Positions 39,780 through 55,049 of a DNA stretch of 63,880 bases are shown here, in pieces. Numbering within the stretch: the first letter of the stretch is position 1; every line of letters starts with the position of its first letter. Where the stretch lies: assembly GCA_053919585.1 (NCBI GenBank), contig CM132792.1. One strand, written 5' to 3'. Under the pieces are notes generated by a model, which saw only the letters and a list, made by a program, of their open reading frames with translations, ran no database searches and had not been told where the DNA came from. The stretch is from Euprymna scolopes (lineage: Eukaryota). A program made the position numbers and the translations under genes.

Positions 39780-40682
39780 TACAAATGTGTGTGCGTCTGT
39801 GTACATTTCCCAACCAAATAACTCTGCCAATTTTCAATCTAAAGACTCGAGATTTGACATAAGGTGTATTGAGATTTGGGAAAATCTTTTTAATAAGTGT
39901 TTGGCCAGAAATTAAGCTGTCAAGGGGTCCAAGATCAAAGATTTGACCTTTGAAATCTCTACAAAACTCCTCCGCCAATTGGGGGTCTAAACACTTGAAA
40001 TTTTAAATGTACGTAAGTCGGACATGGCTCAAATATTTAAATGTGATGAAATTAATGTTGAGAGTTTAAATTGGGGAAAATTGACATCTTCGATCTCTAC
40101 CAAAATACTCAGTAAATTTCTGGTCTAAACAATTAGAATCTTACATCAAAAGTATTCAGAGATAGGGCAAGCTTTTTGATCGGTTTGGGTCGACAATTTG
40201 AGCTGCAAAGTGGTCAAAGTTTAAAAGATTTGACCTTTTGCGGTTTCCAGCTAACTACTCAGCTAATTTTGAGTCTGAGTATTGAAAATCATACATGAAG
40301 GGTATTTAGACATGCGGCAAGCATTTTAATCAGTTTAGGACGAAAATTTGGCTGCCAAAAAGGTCAAAGTTGAAAGAGATTAACTTTGATGATTCTACCA
40401 AATTTGCCCGGCAATGTTGGGTCTAAACACATGAAACTTTAGATGTAGGACCTTGGACAGAGGTAAATTTTTTTAATAATATTGTTGAGTAAATTATAAA
40501 TGTTAAGGGTTTAAAATTGGGGTCCAAGTTATAGAAAAATACCTCTGCGGTCTCTACTAAATTACTCAGACAATATTTGGTCCTATCATTTGAAATCTTA
40601 TATAAAGCATACTAACACGCAGAGCAAGTTATGAACAGTACATAGGGCATGAGAGCCCAAGCAAAGCTAGGCTGAACTGCTA

Positions 40683-40683
<1 letters not shown>
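39775..40683 (+). mobile_element. Non-autonomous Helitron-like element with internal ~140-155-bp subrepeats
   Basis: 3' imperfect hairpin AGCCCAAGC-AAA-GCTAGGCT (40654-40673) followed by CTAG (40680-40683) then T; flanked by (TA)n; second copy at 32838. Confidence 0.6.
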
Positions 40684-40750
<67 letters not shown>

Positions 40751-41099
40751 GTGAGAGAGAGGCAGTGATTGTGAAACGATACATAGCTCATAAATATCAA
40801 TTAACTGAATTTTTAGAACTGCTGTTACAAATTATGTAAATGTTACTACAGACAGATAATTCTGGCCTATATGGATATTACCATTAAATGATGACGAATT
40901 AAACGATAACATTGTCGCACATAATCTACTAGTTGGCCAGTTGTGTAACACCACAAGAACGATAGGAGCCTTCTATCATGACTGAAAGTGACATAATGTT
41001 TAACAAGCGAGATCGGAAGATGCGCTTCTGTACAACTCATACTCTTTACAGATCCAAGTTATGGAAACAGGGCCATTGCTAGCACCCTTAATATGCATT

Positions 41100-41713
41100 G
41101 CGTAATTGTCACGAATAACGGGGGCGTGTCCAGAGTAATAAAAACAAATTTACGGCAACGGTTATTGTATTTTGTGTGGTTTCAAGTGAGGGCCGCATCA
41201 TGCAAGATCATAGATTCATAGTCAGCTTGCAAATCCACACAAAAGTGTACCTGTATGTGCTGAAAAGTGTGGTGATCCCCTGGTGCTATCCAGTGGTCGC
41301 TGGTAGACCCAGCCCACAAGTCCAGAGATCAAGACTTTGCTTCAGAAGGATGGCTACAATTTTGTACCCCTCTCCCACTGTCCCTTTTCTTTCCCCCGAC
41401 CTGAACCCACTGAACTACTGCGTTTCGTCATATGTCGAGAAGATCACCAACCTAACCTCCCACAACTCAAAAGCCAGCCTCATCGCCCCTATCTGCCGAG
41501 TATTCGTCAAGCTCGTGCCAGCGCTTGTGGTAAAGGCACGCTGTAAGTTTAGGACCCGTATTAAGTCGATCATTGAGGCTGGAATCAGCTACATTGAATA
41601 GATGTAAGCTGTACTGTATAATCAAGTTACCTGAATTGAGTTTTTGAGGAAGGTTTAAAAATAAAGCTGCAGTGTTGTTTCCTTTGGGGTTACACTTCTA
41701 TTGCTCCACCCTG
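41100..41713 (+). mobile_element. maT (DD37D-type) mariner transposon 3' remnant
   Basis: ORF 41176-41601 VSSEGRIM..VLKSVVIPW..SPDLNPLNYCV..CKFRTRIKSIIEAGISYIE; terminus ..CCACCCTG followed by TA at 41714. Confidence 0.8.
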
Positions 41714-44619
41714 TACTTATATCAATTATTGTTTATAAACGCTTTATTGAAAAATGATTAATCGCCAATTAGTCTATTAGTATTTTCTTTAATCGTTGCT
41801 GTAAATTAATGATGACTTCTATAAAAAGGAGTAAACCTATACAAGTTGGCTATTGAAACGAATAGATGAGAAAAATGCACAATGTAATCATATTTATCAA
41901 ATACAACAGTGGATTTTTGTTGCATAAGTGATTCAGATTCATCAATTTCAAAGCATTTGATTTAAACACAGCATGGCGTCTGTTAGTTGCAAAGTATCAA
42001 AATTCTGGCAGATTATAAATGAATCAGGGCTCGAACTATGGCATGAATATTCCTCGCATGAATCATTTGAAAAAAAGTTTCTGTGTTTGTTTATTTAAAG
42101 AATGGAAACAGATAGCATGCAGCGTCTTAAATGATTTATGCGTTTCTCACCATTTTTGTTTTCAATCGAAAACAACAATGATTTACCACCATTTTAAAAT
42201 CTCAGTATCATAAAAAGTTATGAATGCACGAAGTTAATGATGGGTCGGTTTTCGAAATAACTTATTGTGCATTTTTATTTAAACGAGAATATATATAATT
42301 CTATTTGGGGCTCAGAAGGAAAATTTGGTCCGCACGGAACATTTTAAAATATTGCGTAACCTGACTCTCAACGTTCAAATGCTACGCATATATTATATTC
42401 AAGCTTGTACGATTTTACTTTACACACGTAATGACGCCTTTTCGTTCACACGAGGTTATCATTTTATATGTTGTCTTATTGTGGAAAAGCATCACGCGTC
42501 TCAGAGAAATGATGAATATTAAAGAAACACTTGGTAATGTATACGCACACATTTCTTCACTTCGTCAAAAGTCGAGCGGAAAGTAAATGGATGACAAATG
42601 TCTTACATTAGAAAATAGATAAGAAAAAGACAGAAAACAAACATGATTACATAATAAGCAGAAAATACATTACTTTTACAAATCTAATAAACACATGTTT
42701 AAAGTAGGCACACACAGAGAAACGAGTGAACAATAATAAACCATACTCTGGTTTTGTTGCTACTTTTTATGTAACCTATGCGACTGATATAAGAAGACTT
42801 AATATACAGTGGACGCTTGCAAGCTTTAAGAAAGACTGAGCATAATGGTCGACATGCTTTTTAGAGTAATACCTCAATGACTATCGGCGGGTAAAATGTC
42901 GCTAAAATTTTAATGATTAGCTAATATACATTATTTTCTCACACTAAATTGTGCATTCGCACTGAGCGTGACTACACCCTCTTACAGTAAGCGACTGCCT
43001 TCTCCGCATAAGCGTGAAGAAATCAAAGTGAAAGAGCACAGCTGACATGCAATGCCATCGGCTTTCATAATAGACAGGTTAAATGCCCCCCCCCCCCCCC
43101 TTACTAGGAAGTTCCATGCGAATATCAAGTTCCCAAGTGGTCCACAGTCGGATGACCAGTAAAGATAGATGACGAGGTTACGTTTCTAGCAGTTTTTTTA
43201 AGGGTTTCGGCGTCCTAGTGAATATGGCGCCTAGTAATCATAGATGGCTACTTATCTAGTAGTGACCATGCCCAACGTTGCTTTGTATCAACGAGATTAT
43301 GGCGTAAGTCCTAGCTATGAATTTTTTTTTGCGTATAAAACAAATGCACCTTGTATGTTATACTAGAGATCTCATATAAGTAAGTAACTTACAGTATTAT
43401 ACTACGAATCCAACTATCTACCTTTTTATATTTAAAGTTTTAGCAACTTGCTAGTGTATATTTCCATCACATTTCAAATAATCAATACACACGCACCCAC
43501 ACAGACACGCATATGTATATATCTATATATGTATGTGTATATGTGTGTATGTGTAGGTGCGTGTGTGTGTTTCTAATACCTTACATACACGTTTTTCGCC
43601 TAATCATAACATGCCCCTTTGACTAATTCTCAAGATAAAAATACAAATTCTAATCGCTTCGATAGCAATTGGGATATGCGACATGTACTCTGTTACGTAC
43701 GTTAACGCTTTTATGTTATTTATAATGTAAGTTGTGTTTACACCAGTAATGGAGAATTGCTTGATAGGTCAATAGTGCGTAGTAAATGTTAATTGCATGA
43801 GGACTCGTGAGCCTATTTTTATGTATCGCATATTTCATAAATAAATACCGTATGAGAATATATGAATATGGAAGAATGATCTATTATGCTTTATATCATT
43901 TAAGCTTAATTATATACTGATTAATGATTCTAAACTGTGAAACACTACAATCAAGCGATGGTTTACCATTTGACACCTAAGCATATTATCTGAGTTAATG
44001 ATGAGATATAATTGTCCACTCATAGATTATAAAAAGGAATATGCATTGAATAATAAAAACAACAGAATTACGTAAATACTATCCTATTACAAATAAAAAA
44101 ATATGTATAACTCATTGAAGTAAATATAAACCTCGTATTTGTAACTTATCGTAATACATTCATAATTTACTTAAAATAGACGAAATATTTGCCCATTATA
44201 CAAATATAGGTGAGAACGTTTTTCTTTAATGTGAGCTTGTCTGTCTTCAGTGTATACACATTGGATAATATTAATAGCAAACAGACTTTATAGAGGTATC
44301 TTGGCTAAGTTATTGGTTATTTTTGTAAGCGGGCCAGGATATCTTATGTATTCATTGGCATACAGTGCTATGTACTCGACTGAAATATATGTTATTTAGA
44401 TTTTGTATATTTTTTGTTATCAACTTATTCTCATCTGAATCTGTCACCGGTGTGAAGAATTTACAATTTACATTTTAGCGGTATTCAGATAGTAATGGAT
44501 CGATTTTTTCGAAATACGTTGTTGTACTAATAACAAACATATGACACACTAATTACCGTGTCTCTTTTCTTCCTATGTTTATATGTATTTTTTAATCATA
44601 TTCCTTCATTCAAATAGTG

Positions 44620-44890
44620 CCCTGTCTGGTTTAGATATTTAAGACCATGGCACGCGATCTACCTATATTTCTCGAGGCATAATTGGATTCATTGTTGTTC
44701 ATTACTTTTGATGTTGCCCAGGTGTCTGGACTATCCTCGTTTATTTCTCGTTGTCGTCCTCGACATTTTATACCCTCCACCTTTCCTTTAAAACTGATAT
44801 GTTTTATTACGTTTTTTTCTGTAGACATGGGGCTTGACTCTAATCTACCGTTCTTATAATAGACTTTTCTCTTTGACATTTCTCGTACCT
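44620..44890 (-). mobile_element. RTE-clade LINE 3' end
   Basis: GKVEGIKCRGRQR..SRNIGRSRAMVLNI resembles the RTE C-terminal GK.EG.R.RGR.R..DR..WR motif. Confidence 0.6.
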
Positions 44891-46499
44891 CTTATATTTA
44901 GTATGTCTTATATACGCATTAAACAAGAAAAATATTCAAAAAAATTATAATTATCTTCTAAAAGGAAATATTTTATTTGTACGTTGAAGTTATATCCTTT
45001 GAACAGATACATTTTGAAGCGGGGATTTCTGTTTTTTAATATTTTGATGGGATGGTTTCAAGATGGATGCTACCGATTATTGTCCAGTGATAGAAGTCAG
45101 CACCCTTTCTCTTTATGCTATAAACCTTTAGTGTATTATGTTCTAATGAATATTTTTTAGATATTTTTTACGAATCATTTTCGCATATTTATTAATACAT
45201 TATTTTATTTCATCACGTAAATACTGGCATTCTAACACGAAAAACGCGCTGGTACTTACTAATGCATACAAAGAGACACAGCCGTGGAAAAAGCTCATAT
45301 TTTTTACATTTCTATCACATTATAAAAAAAACAACGCTAGTTAAAAATCAAGTTTAGTAGCTTAACCGTGGGTTGGGCAAAATTGTAGTCACAGAAATAA
45401 AAATTGTTTCATTTTCTGTATAATTGTTGTAGTATTATTTATTATATTAAAATTTTTTTTTTTTTTTTTGCTTTTAGTAATGATTTATATATTACAATAT
45501 GGAGAAATGAATATCTCGTCGTAGGAGACAATAACGATGAAGTTATAATAACTGTGTAAGTTATGGTAATAGTATTAGAATTAACATTATTGGAATACTA
45601 CAAATAATATAGGGTATTGTTCCCATTTAGTAGCATGAGTAATAATTGTCAGAATACTTTGAGTTTAGCGTTTTATTATTAGTGTTAATAGCAATATTTG
45701 TAGTAAATACAGAACTCTTATTCTAGTAATAACAAGAGTATGCGTTTTCCCGTAGCAGGTGTTGTTTTAAATTTAGTTTATAGTAGTTGGACTCTTATTT
45801 TTAATCAGCAGTAATAGTATATATATTGTAGTCGTACAAAGAGTAAAGGTGTATTGTCTTTGACCCGATATCCTAAATGTATGTCAAACGTAGGTAAAAT
45901 ATATAGACTTATAAAAGAACATGCATATGTTAATGAACGAAACATGCACACTGCATGCCGCGCTCAATTATTATATTGACTTTAGTTGGCTGTAATTTAA
46001 TGCGTGTCTTCATCAAATGCGTTCGCTGTAAAGTATTCAACTATTAAAAAAACAAAAAACAAAAAAACAACGTTACAATAACCTGTAGACAGCAGTCGAT
46101 GTAATGGAGTTGTTGACAAAAAATGGAGGAGCATTTTTTAAAGTCTAAACGCAATTAAAGATGAAGGGCGAGGCAAATAAAATTAGGAGTGACTTTGAAG
46201 TGAAAATCAATGAATCTGCCAAAACAACACGCTTAATTTTCCCTTTCATAATTTTAATCACATTCCACATCTGGTATGACCCGTGTTGTTTGTTTCACAG
46301 TTGTTTTTCTCAAGTGTGTCTCTCCAGGATGAATGTTGGAACGAGAAAATAGAATGAGGTGGGCGTTGTTAAATATCCACCATCTATTTTTGCGAGCCAA
46401 TACTCACTACTAAAAAAAACAAACAAACAAATAACAAGCATTAAAATAATTTTGTTTTAAAAAGAAATTATATTTGAATTCTTCGGACTACTGATGTCA

Positions 46500-47350
46500 T
46501 CATGAGTGTTAATTTTACGACGTCAGAGTCCATCTAACTCTAATCATCTTCAACTGTGCCTTATCGAATTTGTAATTTTTTTCTGGCGAACCCAGGAATC
46601 TTTATGTTGACCCGTTGCGTAATAGATTAAACATTTGAGAAGATAAGATTCTAAAGGCCCTTTTTATGGACGTTAGCGATTCAATCCTCACTGCGGGCGA
46701 CAATCAAATATACAATTCCTTATAAGTATGGCTGCCCAGTAACAATTTAGAGAACGATGACATATTATCCGCATAGATAAAACAAAGGGTTTCACTTGAG
46801 TGTCCGTGCAAAATCCTGAGTTTGACAGAAAGATGTCCATGTGTTGTTTATGTCGCTGCTTTGAGATCGATGAACACGCTTCCTAACTTTGTTAAAATAA
46901 CTCGCTTTATCTTCTTAAATGTTTAACAACCGTCGATGAATGGGGACCGATTCAACTTTTCTACGTGGAAGAATATCTGCTGCCTGGGCATGTTCCTGAC
47001 AGAGGCTAATTCTAACACTGTCAACATCTGCAGATGAGAGATTGAAACTTTTAGAGCATTCGTGCATAATTCAGTTATTATGACAATCATTCGCAATCCA
47101 CATCTGATCGATTCGAGTGAAATATAAATAAGGAGCATTACTTTCCGAACGACATTCATATATACTCCGGCAGAGTCAGTGCATAGCAATTCTATTGGAC
47201 ATCTGTGAGGACTAATATAATATAAACATTGCCCATAAAATATTTTTTTAAAAATGCCGTCCTCAAATCTGTCATGAATGGAATATGTTTTACATGATAA
47301 AGATTGATTAGTAGATACGTCTTTATAAAACAATACTTTTATTATTTGTA
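46500..47350 (-). mobile_element. Decayed non-LTR retrotransposon RT remnant
   Basis: GSVFIDLKAA near 46860-46885 and CFIYADN (YADD) near 46760-46790, much closer than normal, implying internal deletion. Confidence 0.55.
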
Positions 47351-47829
47351 AAATTTACCGCCTGAAATTTCCACTTAAGTGATTGGTGATGGCATTTATT
47401 TTATGTGTTTTTATAAGTTTTTAAACAGTAGTAAATAGACGTCTTAGAAACATTGAACCACTACTTAGTAATTTCCAAGCTCTTAATCCTGTTGTTAATT
47501 ATTATAACAAGTATAGTATAAAATAAGAATTAGCGCCGTTAGACTTTTTCAACAAGAGATAAACTGCGTCATATTCGTGGGAAAATATTAGAGCGTTGGA
47601 TAGGTGATAAAACTAGTGGTATCTTTTATTTCACTAGTGCTCTACGACCAAACCTTTGTGTCGTAGTCATCATTCAACATAAAAATGTAATTTGTAAAGC
47701 ATGCGTTTAGATTTATGGGAGTGGATACTTGTATTACTTATAATTTATAAAACTAAATTGAAAACATGCATTTCAAAATTAAAATGAGATTCATAATCAA
47801 GAACTTTAAATATACTCATATTCTTAAAC

Positions 47830-47905
<76 letters not shown>

Positions 47906-48767
47906 GTGTAAAAGGGTATAAAATACAAGATATATCTAAACCAATCAATAATTAGACTTTTCATTATGCACGAAAACAGTAAAAAAATAATCTAAAAATT
48001 AGTCTGGAAATTGAAATTATGCGTGTGTTCTTTTCCCAATAATATAGTTTCAATTAGCCAATAGTTCATTTCAATTCATCAAGGATTCATCTAGCGCTAA
48101 TCATTCCTATATTCGTGCGTTGTAATTTTTTTGTTTTCTATTTTAAATGTTTTACATATATAAAAACAACGATAGAGTTTGTAACTCAGGATAAGTTATA
48201 AAACCATTATCAAAGTTATTTTTCCTGTATGTTGTCTGCATATAATCAATTCATAGTTCAATGTGTGTGATAGTGTATTTTCGTTGTGCTTATATATAAG
48301 CTTGTCGCTTAGTTTCATGTCTTGCGTTCATAGCGGAGAATTTCCACAATATCGTATACATTTTTTAATGAGAAGTTAAAATTGTCACGTTTTAACAAAC
48401 CATATATGATACCAACATCCTAGTGTTACATTAGTGCATATAATCCGTTAAAATTCCCCCTGCACTATACATATTCTGCGTGTTTCAATGCCGTTGTCGG
48501 TTATCTGTTGTATTTTTAAATATTAAAACACAAAGAAATCTTATTAAAATGTTTTAAAGAAAACGTCTTTTTCATTTATATAATGACAAGTAACCGTTAC
48601 ATTTAAGGAAAAATATGATTGTTATTATATTTAACAGATAATTTTACCTTTGTTATTAGGCGAAATATGATGAACATTACGAGAAATATAATGAACAAGA
48701 GCGGACTATTCTAGGTAGAAACCTGCCCGCTCTATTATACATTGGTGATCCTTTCTTGCAAGATCTA

Positions 48768-49868
48768 TATTGGTCACGCGTTATATCGGAGAGAGGCATA
48801 TGTTTCCAGTTGGGTCCGTGTGTCCGTGCATCCGTGGATCCGTTCGTCCGTTAGTCCGGACGCTTGCTACATAACCGTTCATTAGTTTTTCCTGAAATTT
48901 TGCCACAAATTGTATTTCATTAATTAGATGTGCAAAGTAAAAAAAAAATTGAGAAAATTCCCTTTGTGTCCCCAGGGATCAAAAGAGGTCAAAAATGCCT
49001 TAAAATAGCCAAAAATGATGCGTTTTTCCTCATGAATTCTGATCCATCCGTTAGGTTTTCCGAAACTTGGTCAAAATGTTGAGTCGGTTGTTTTTAATAA
49101 AAATTCAGTATGGGTAACCCTGGCAAAATTCTGGTTACCGTCCCCAGGGAATTTCAGTGCTAAATACACCCCTTTTTGTGGCTCTTTTTTCATATTTCTT
49201 AACAAAAGCATGATATGCCTGACTATATTGGTTTTTGACGGTGGTCAACTCAAATATACCTGTGCTAAGACCTGAAATTGCACTGTTATCCATTTACACT
49301 AGGATTCGGCGTCCCCATGGGCTCAAAAGAGGTAAAATGTCCCAAAATAGCAAAAAAAAAAACACCTTTTGCTTCTATAGTGTTTCAGCCATCCATTAGT
49401 TTTGGAGGAAAACTTGGCCAAATATGGAGACAGTTGTTCTTGATATGAATGCAGTATGGGTGACCTTGGAAATTTCTGGTTCGCATTCCTCTGGAACTTT
49501 TATGACTAAAAAACATGCCTTTTATGAGCTCTTTTTTCATATTACTCAAAACCTGATATGTATGTCTATATAGTGGTTTTCCATGGAACTGAATTCAAAT
49601 GTACATGTCTTAAGGTGTGAGCCTGCACTATTTATCCATTCTCATTGGGATTCGGTCTTCCCAGGAGCTGAAAGTGGGTCACAAATGCCCCAGAATTGCA
49701 AAAACTGACACCTTTTACCACATAACTGTTGCTTCATTCATTATATTTTTCTGAAACTTAGCGAAAATTTGAAGACCCTTCACACTTCTCACTTTCATCA
49801 TTTCATCACTATTTCTTTGCGTCATCTCACATGCAGCACCAGAGGGGGGCACGCTTGCGTGGCTTGTT
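48768..49868 (+). mobile_element. Helentron-associated (HINE/DINE-1-like) non-autonomous element with ~345-bp internal tandem repeats
   Basis: (GTCC)n-like tract at 48813-48860; repeat units at 48972, 49315 and 49661; 3' hairpin CACGC-TT-GCGTG followed by CTTGTT. Confidence 0.6.
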
Positions 49869-51599
49869 GTAATTTGCTTCGGTCTTTGATAATATTGTGT
49901 TTCCCATTTANNNNNNNNNNNNNNNNNNNNNNNNNNNNNNNNNNNNNNNNNNNNNNNNNNNNNNNNNNNNNNNNNNNNNNNNNNNNNNNNNNNNNNNNNN
50001 NNNNNNNNNNNNNNNNNNNNNNNNNNNNNNNNNNNNNNNNNNNNNNNNNNNNNNNNNGTAAATAAAAGATTACTAAAAAACTTTTCAATCTTGAAAGTGT
50101 AGAAATATAAATATAGAAATATATATTTATAGAACAAAAACTACATCCATCTTTAATATTCTGACTTTTTCTACGTCTACTAAATATACATTCATATAAC
50201 GAAATTCTTTGGGCGCTCCTAGTGCTTATTATGGTTACATACTAAATCTAGCGTATTAAACACACACTATTTAATTAAATATACCTTTCCTTCGGGTTAA
50301 GATTCATCTAAGCGAATATCATACACAAGCGCATACTATAGTACACTCTAAGCAAGCAGGGATCACTCATGATAAAAATAACATATAGTGCACTGGTCCA
50401 ATTCCAAAGAGTCATGTAATGTTGCTAGATGGTAGTATAATTACAATAAAACAAACACCGCAATACCTATTACCCGCAAAAAGAGGCAAACTATGGAAAA
50501 TGTATACCATTCTACATCAGAGATACTGCACATTATCCTCAGAATTGGGCGGGCATACTTTGCTATAGGAATTTACCTTGACGAACAAAGTATATCATAT
50601 ATTATTGTTAAAAGTTGAAACCAATTGATGATGTGTTGTAGTATGAAAACAGAACAGATGCCAAAATGCTCTACTGAATTTTGCATTAGAGGATAGCATA
50701 TTAGTTTGAAATTGTACAGTAAAGTGAATACACATACAGAGATAGCAATATGTGTACACTTAATGTTTATAGTATAATTACGGTTTCAGAGAGACAGTTA
50801 ATCATTTACCATTGTTTTTTATGAATAATTATATAGATTTAGGTTCATACTTTGAAGTACGAAATATCGTCAATTAAAACCAGAACAGTTGTATTTATTT
50901 CTTCACATCAATGACTGATAACCAGTAAAAAGTCGTTCACTTTGGAGTCGGAATCACCACAGTTCTCTTTATATTTTTGTATTTATAGTCAAATAAAATA
51001 TATTTATAGTGAAATAATTATCATTATACTTTATATACCGTAAAAAGACTATATAAAAGTAAAGCAATGTAGGTAGTGTAGACTGTTGTCCGACTTTGGC
51101 ACTAAAATGGGGGAGCACATCCGTCCGGGCTGAGACATCTATAAACGTTTCAAAAATCGATAACATCTGAATGGAAGCGTTTCATAAGCACAATCGATTT
51201 CTTTTATTTCCCAGAGTTTGCCTTTGGCCCAAAAAAAAAATGTGCAGAAATCTCACCCATCTCCTCCCAATTCAACTCTTTTAGCTTTTACTCAAAAGAG
51301 TCGGAGTTCAGTCAACAATAGATTTTATTTTACAAGATAACCGAAAACATACTTACTACAACGACGAAATTATAACGAAAAACAAAGGCTGAAACATTTA
51401 CGTGTAGTTTTGTATAAAAATAAAGAAAAAACATCTCAGTACCTAGGACACGTACTGGTGACTAGTTTGATCACAACTACTATAACACTTTTTTTCGAGT
51501 TTAGTTTCATTAGAAAATTGATAAATGCGATCACTTTTAAGGTATATTTAGATAAGGGAATAAATTAAATATCTTTATTATTTTTTACTTACTAGGACT

Positions 51600-51940
51600 A
51601 GTCACAATAGCCATCATCAACGATTTATCATTGAGAACAACTTGTGGTGTTCTCTGGAGTTTGGGTACAGCATATCTTTCCAGATGTCCAATACTCTCAA
51701 CCGCTTTCGATAACTTTTACATATTAATTTTCTTTATCACAACAGTCTCACCGGTCATTTCTCGGTGAGAGCGACACTTTGTCCTCACTAAAATTTGGGT
51801 GGCAACTATCCTCCCCAAGGTACCATTCCTCTTTTCAATCATCCAGCGAAGGTATGGCTAGTATTTTATCTATTTTGTCTTCCCATCCCCCTTGAGCTTC
51901 CTGACTTATTTGCTGTGGTACCAGTTTATTTTTACATACA

Positions 51941-52000
<60 letters not shown>

Positions 52001-52250
52001 GTACTCACGGTGTTATACAGCTCATTTGTGATGGCTCACTGATAATTACCAGTGGTGTTACATTGAGCCTGACTCCCAAGATGTCTTTCCAGAAAATGTA
52101 TCGGCCAACAAGAGTAATTATTCCTATTTCCCCTGACGAAAGCTGGAACAATATTAGTGCCAACATTTTATTGCAAAGTGTGTTTTCGATAACCTTGTTC
52201 TAATTTAATTCCACGACAGCGATAATATATCAACATTTTCTTATATGATG
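51600..52250 (-). mobile_element. Probable decayed non-LTR retrotransposon 3' ends around a (TTA)n tract
   Basis: (TTA)n at 51943-51999. Flanks resemble from memory an abundant octopus R4/Dong-like 3' end (CTGGAGTTTG..CAGCA); not verified. Confidence 0.3.
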
Positions 52251-52949
52251 ACCTAAATACAACATAAAATACAAAACCTCATCAGTCCCTACTTACAACA
52301 AAACTTACTAAAACATTCGAACGTATTTTTGTATCAGTGACGCACACATAAATGGATCAAAACAGTGTCCAAGATAATTGCATAGATAATTACTTGTAGA
52401 TTGATGTGCTATAATTAAAAGCGTTACAATCTGTACAGAAATATATAAGAGTTTTAGTTGCACAGAATTATCACAATCATTTTGTTCTGAATAGAGTAAT
52501 ATAATTGAGTACAGGACGTTCAGATTTAATAGCTTACTTAGACATTAGGTCAAATTTAGTCGCAATGCAAAGCGTGGCACCGGGAATATATTCGTTGGTA
52601 TAGCAACGTATGCCATGATATAGTCATACGTAAACGTGTGAAAAAGTACGCTTTTTACCGATTAACACTAAACATTTCTATAAAATATTTAAAAATACTT
52701 GCTACAAAATAAATAAAAATAAGCAATTCGCACACGTTTAAAAATCAGCACTTTTTGTATGCATCAATTATTGTAGTCGGATATTTTGCCTCGATTCGTT
52801 AAGCACGCTTTAACATATTTACTAGTAAACATAGTTTTGTATGCAGTATTTTCCATGTGTTTGATGTCATTTTGCATATTTTCAATTTTACTGGATTATG
52901 TACTTAACAATGACTGCTCGAGTAGTAGCCACAGAAGATATGGACTCAT

Positions 52950-54300
52950 TTACATTAAGACGTGAGCAATACAGCGCATTACTATTTAAAAAAAAAAACT
53001 GATTATAGTATTGCGTCGAATATCCAGACTTTAGTTCTCGCTTTACATATTATTTTCAGTACGTTTCGATTAGTGTATCCTCTGACCGTCATTACGTGTA
53101 TCTTTTCGAATTCGGGAATCTTCTGTTCGAACTCGGGAATCTTTTAGTTAAAGTCAGGAATTTGCACGGAATTACGAAGATAATATATTCTCTGATCCAC
53201 AGAAATATCATGTTGGCGTATCTTCAGCAATGACGAGGTAGAAGTTGTATGTAATTCGAAAATTTATTGAGCTTCCAGCATAATATAAATTTGTAACTCG
53301 ATTTTACAGGGTTCTTTATTTGTTGCACCGGTGTCTTCCGTTTTAAAATTAGAGAACTAAATAGATAAAGGGGTTCGATAAACGCTGGTTCAAAAACTGG
53401 AAAACAACATGCATCCCTGAGCGATTGTGAAAATTATTTGTATGGTTGATATTAGAAAACCGCTGAAATTTTAGATAGCTCAAGTACAAGATTACCAATA
53501 ACAACATATATGCCACCAATAATGAATTAAATAGCCTTACAAAGGGCAGTAAAATACTAAAAAATCTCAACCACTTGTCTATAAGAATGTGCTAGGACCG
53601 GTAATATAATACTCTAATGAAGTTGTTTGCTGCACATATTTGAAAGGTTCATTTTCTAGCACATTTAATTTTTTTTTCACATGTCCGCATAGACACTGAT
53701 TACATTAAGGTGGGTATATTGTTGTCAAGCAAACGATAAAGAAGTCGACTGTGAAAGGCTTTAGAGTAAGGGCAGGATTGTTATGTGTCATATATCCTCG
53801 AAAGCTCAGAAGTTTTTGTTGTATAAATTCTCTGAAATTCACTCGTAAAAAATCATTTTTTCAACATTATGACATGATAAATCTTCGATTGAATGTCTCA
53901 CGGGGGCTGTGAAAGAGTTTAATCGGTGATAGTTTCCAACAGTGCGAAAATTTGTTTCACCTTTTTTACTTAATGAAGAGGAGATGCCCGTATACCTTTT
54001 GAGGGGCGGAGTAACTCGAATTGGAACATGTGCGCAAATTTAGCCTTAGATCCTTTAGAAGATCATGGGTGAGTTGTGTCGAATAAGAGATAACAGGAGG
54101 CCCAGACGTGGTGATGTGATGATGTGATGAACGGTCGAATTCACTACTTTAATGATGACAATCCCATGACTAGAATGTGGAATGCGGTTGAGATATACGT
54201 GCACTGTTCCTTCTATGACAAATTCCGAACTGATTGTCATGATCAACTTGGTGTTTAAGGTTTTCATTGATATACAGCGTATTGTACGTTCAGATATCGC
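52950..54300 (-). mobile_element. Heavily deleted Gypsy (CsRn1-like) pol remnant
   Basis: VNSTVHHIITS and RASPLH*VKK..FRTVGNYHRLN (WASPLHMV.K..WRPCGDYR.LN); 54000-54150 homologous to 57295-57430. Confidence 0.6.
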
Positions 54301-55049
54301 TTGTATTCTATTGGTTGAAGTAAGTACGGCTTAATAGTTGCATTCTACAGAACACTCTATATGAGACTCACATTTTAGAAATTATCATATTTGATCAAAA
54401 TATATAGCATTTTCTTTTCTATCCTTCGAATACCCTATGATACTTTGTTTAAATATAATTTTTGGTTGTTACTTATTTCTACCCCAAGCAAAACATATTA
54501 CCTCTTGAAACGTAAATAGCAAGTACTTGGAGTCGTGCCTTACAGGGGTCTGTGAAGCTTTTATCAATAAGATGTCTGTTTAGATTGCATGTTAGCTTCA
54601 CGTTAGTAGTAGAGTCAGGGAATCAGAAAACAGCGCGAAATACAAATCTACAATTCCGAGAAAAGAAACTATAAAAGCCGAAGCTGTCCGGCCCAAACAT
54701 TAAAAGGGTGGGACTTTTCTGCTTATCGAGTTAGTCGGGAGTATATATGTTAAGATGGCCACATACATTTTAAATACGGAAATTAAATTACACTTAACAG
54801 AATTTAAAAAAAAATTGGAATATTTTCGAGATTCATACAACTGATGTAAGATATTTTTGCAGTGTTGAATCAGGAAATTGGTAGCAAACATTTTTAAATG
54901 TTGAAACATTTTAACACAAATGTTTGAAAAAGGCTTGAGTATGTTGCGGAAGGAGACTGAAAATTTAAGTATAATTATCTTTTGAAACTTTATTGAGTCA
55001 ATGGACGATCCTCCATGCTCTTGTCTTATATAGTTGAGTAGATTGTTCA

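Noticed and set aside
46923-47333. 136-aa ORF as a host gene
   Set aside because: Lies upstream of and on the same strand as decayed LINE RT motifs; no independent domain or splice support.
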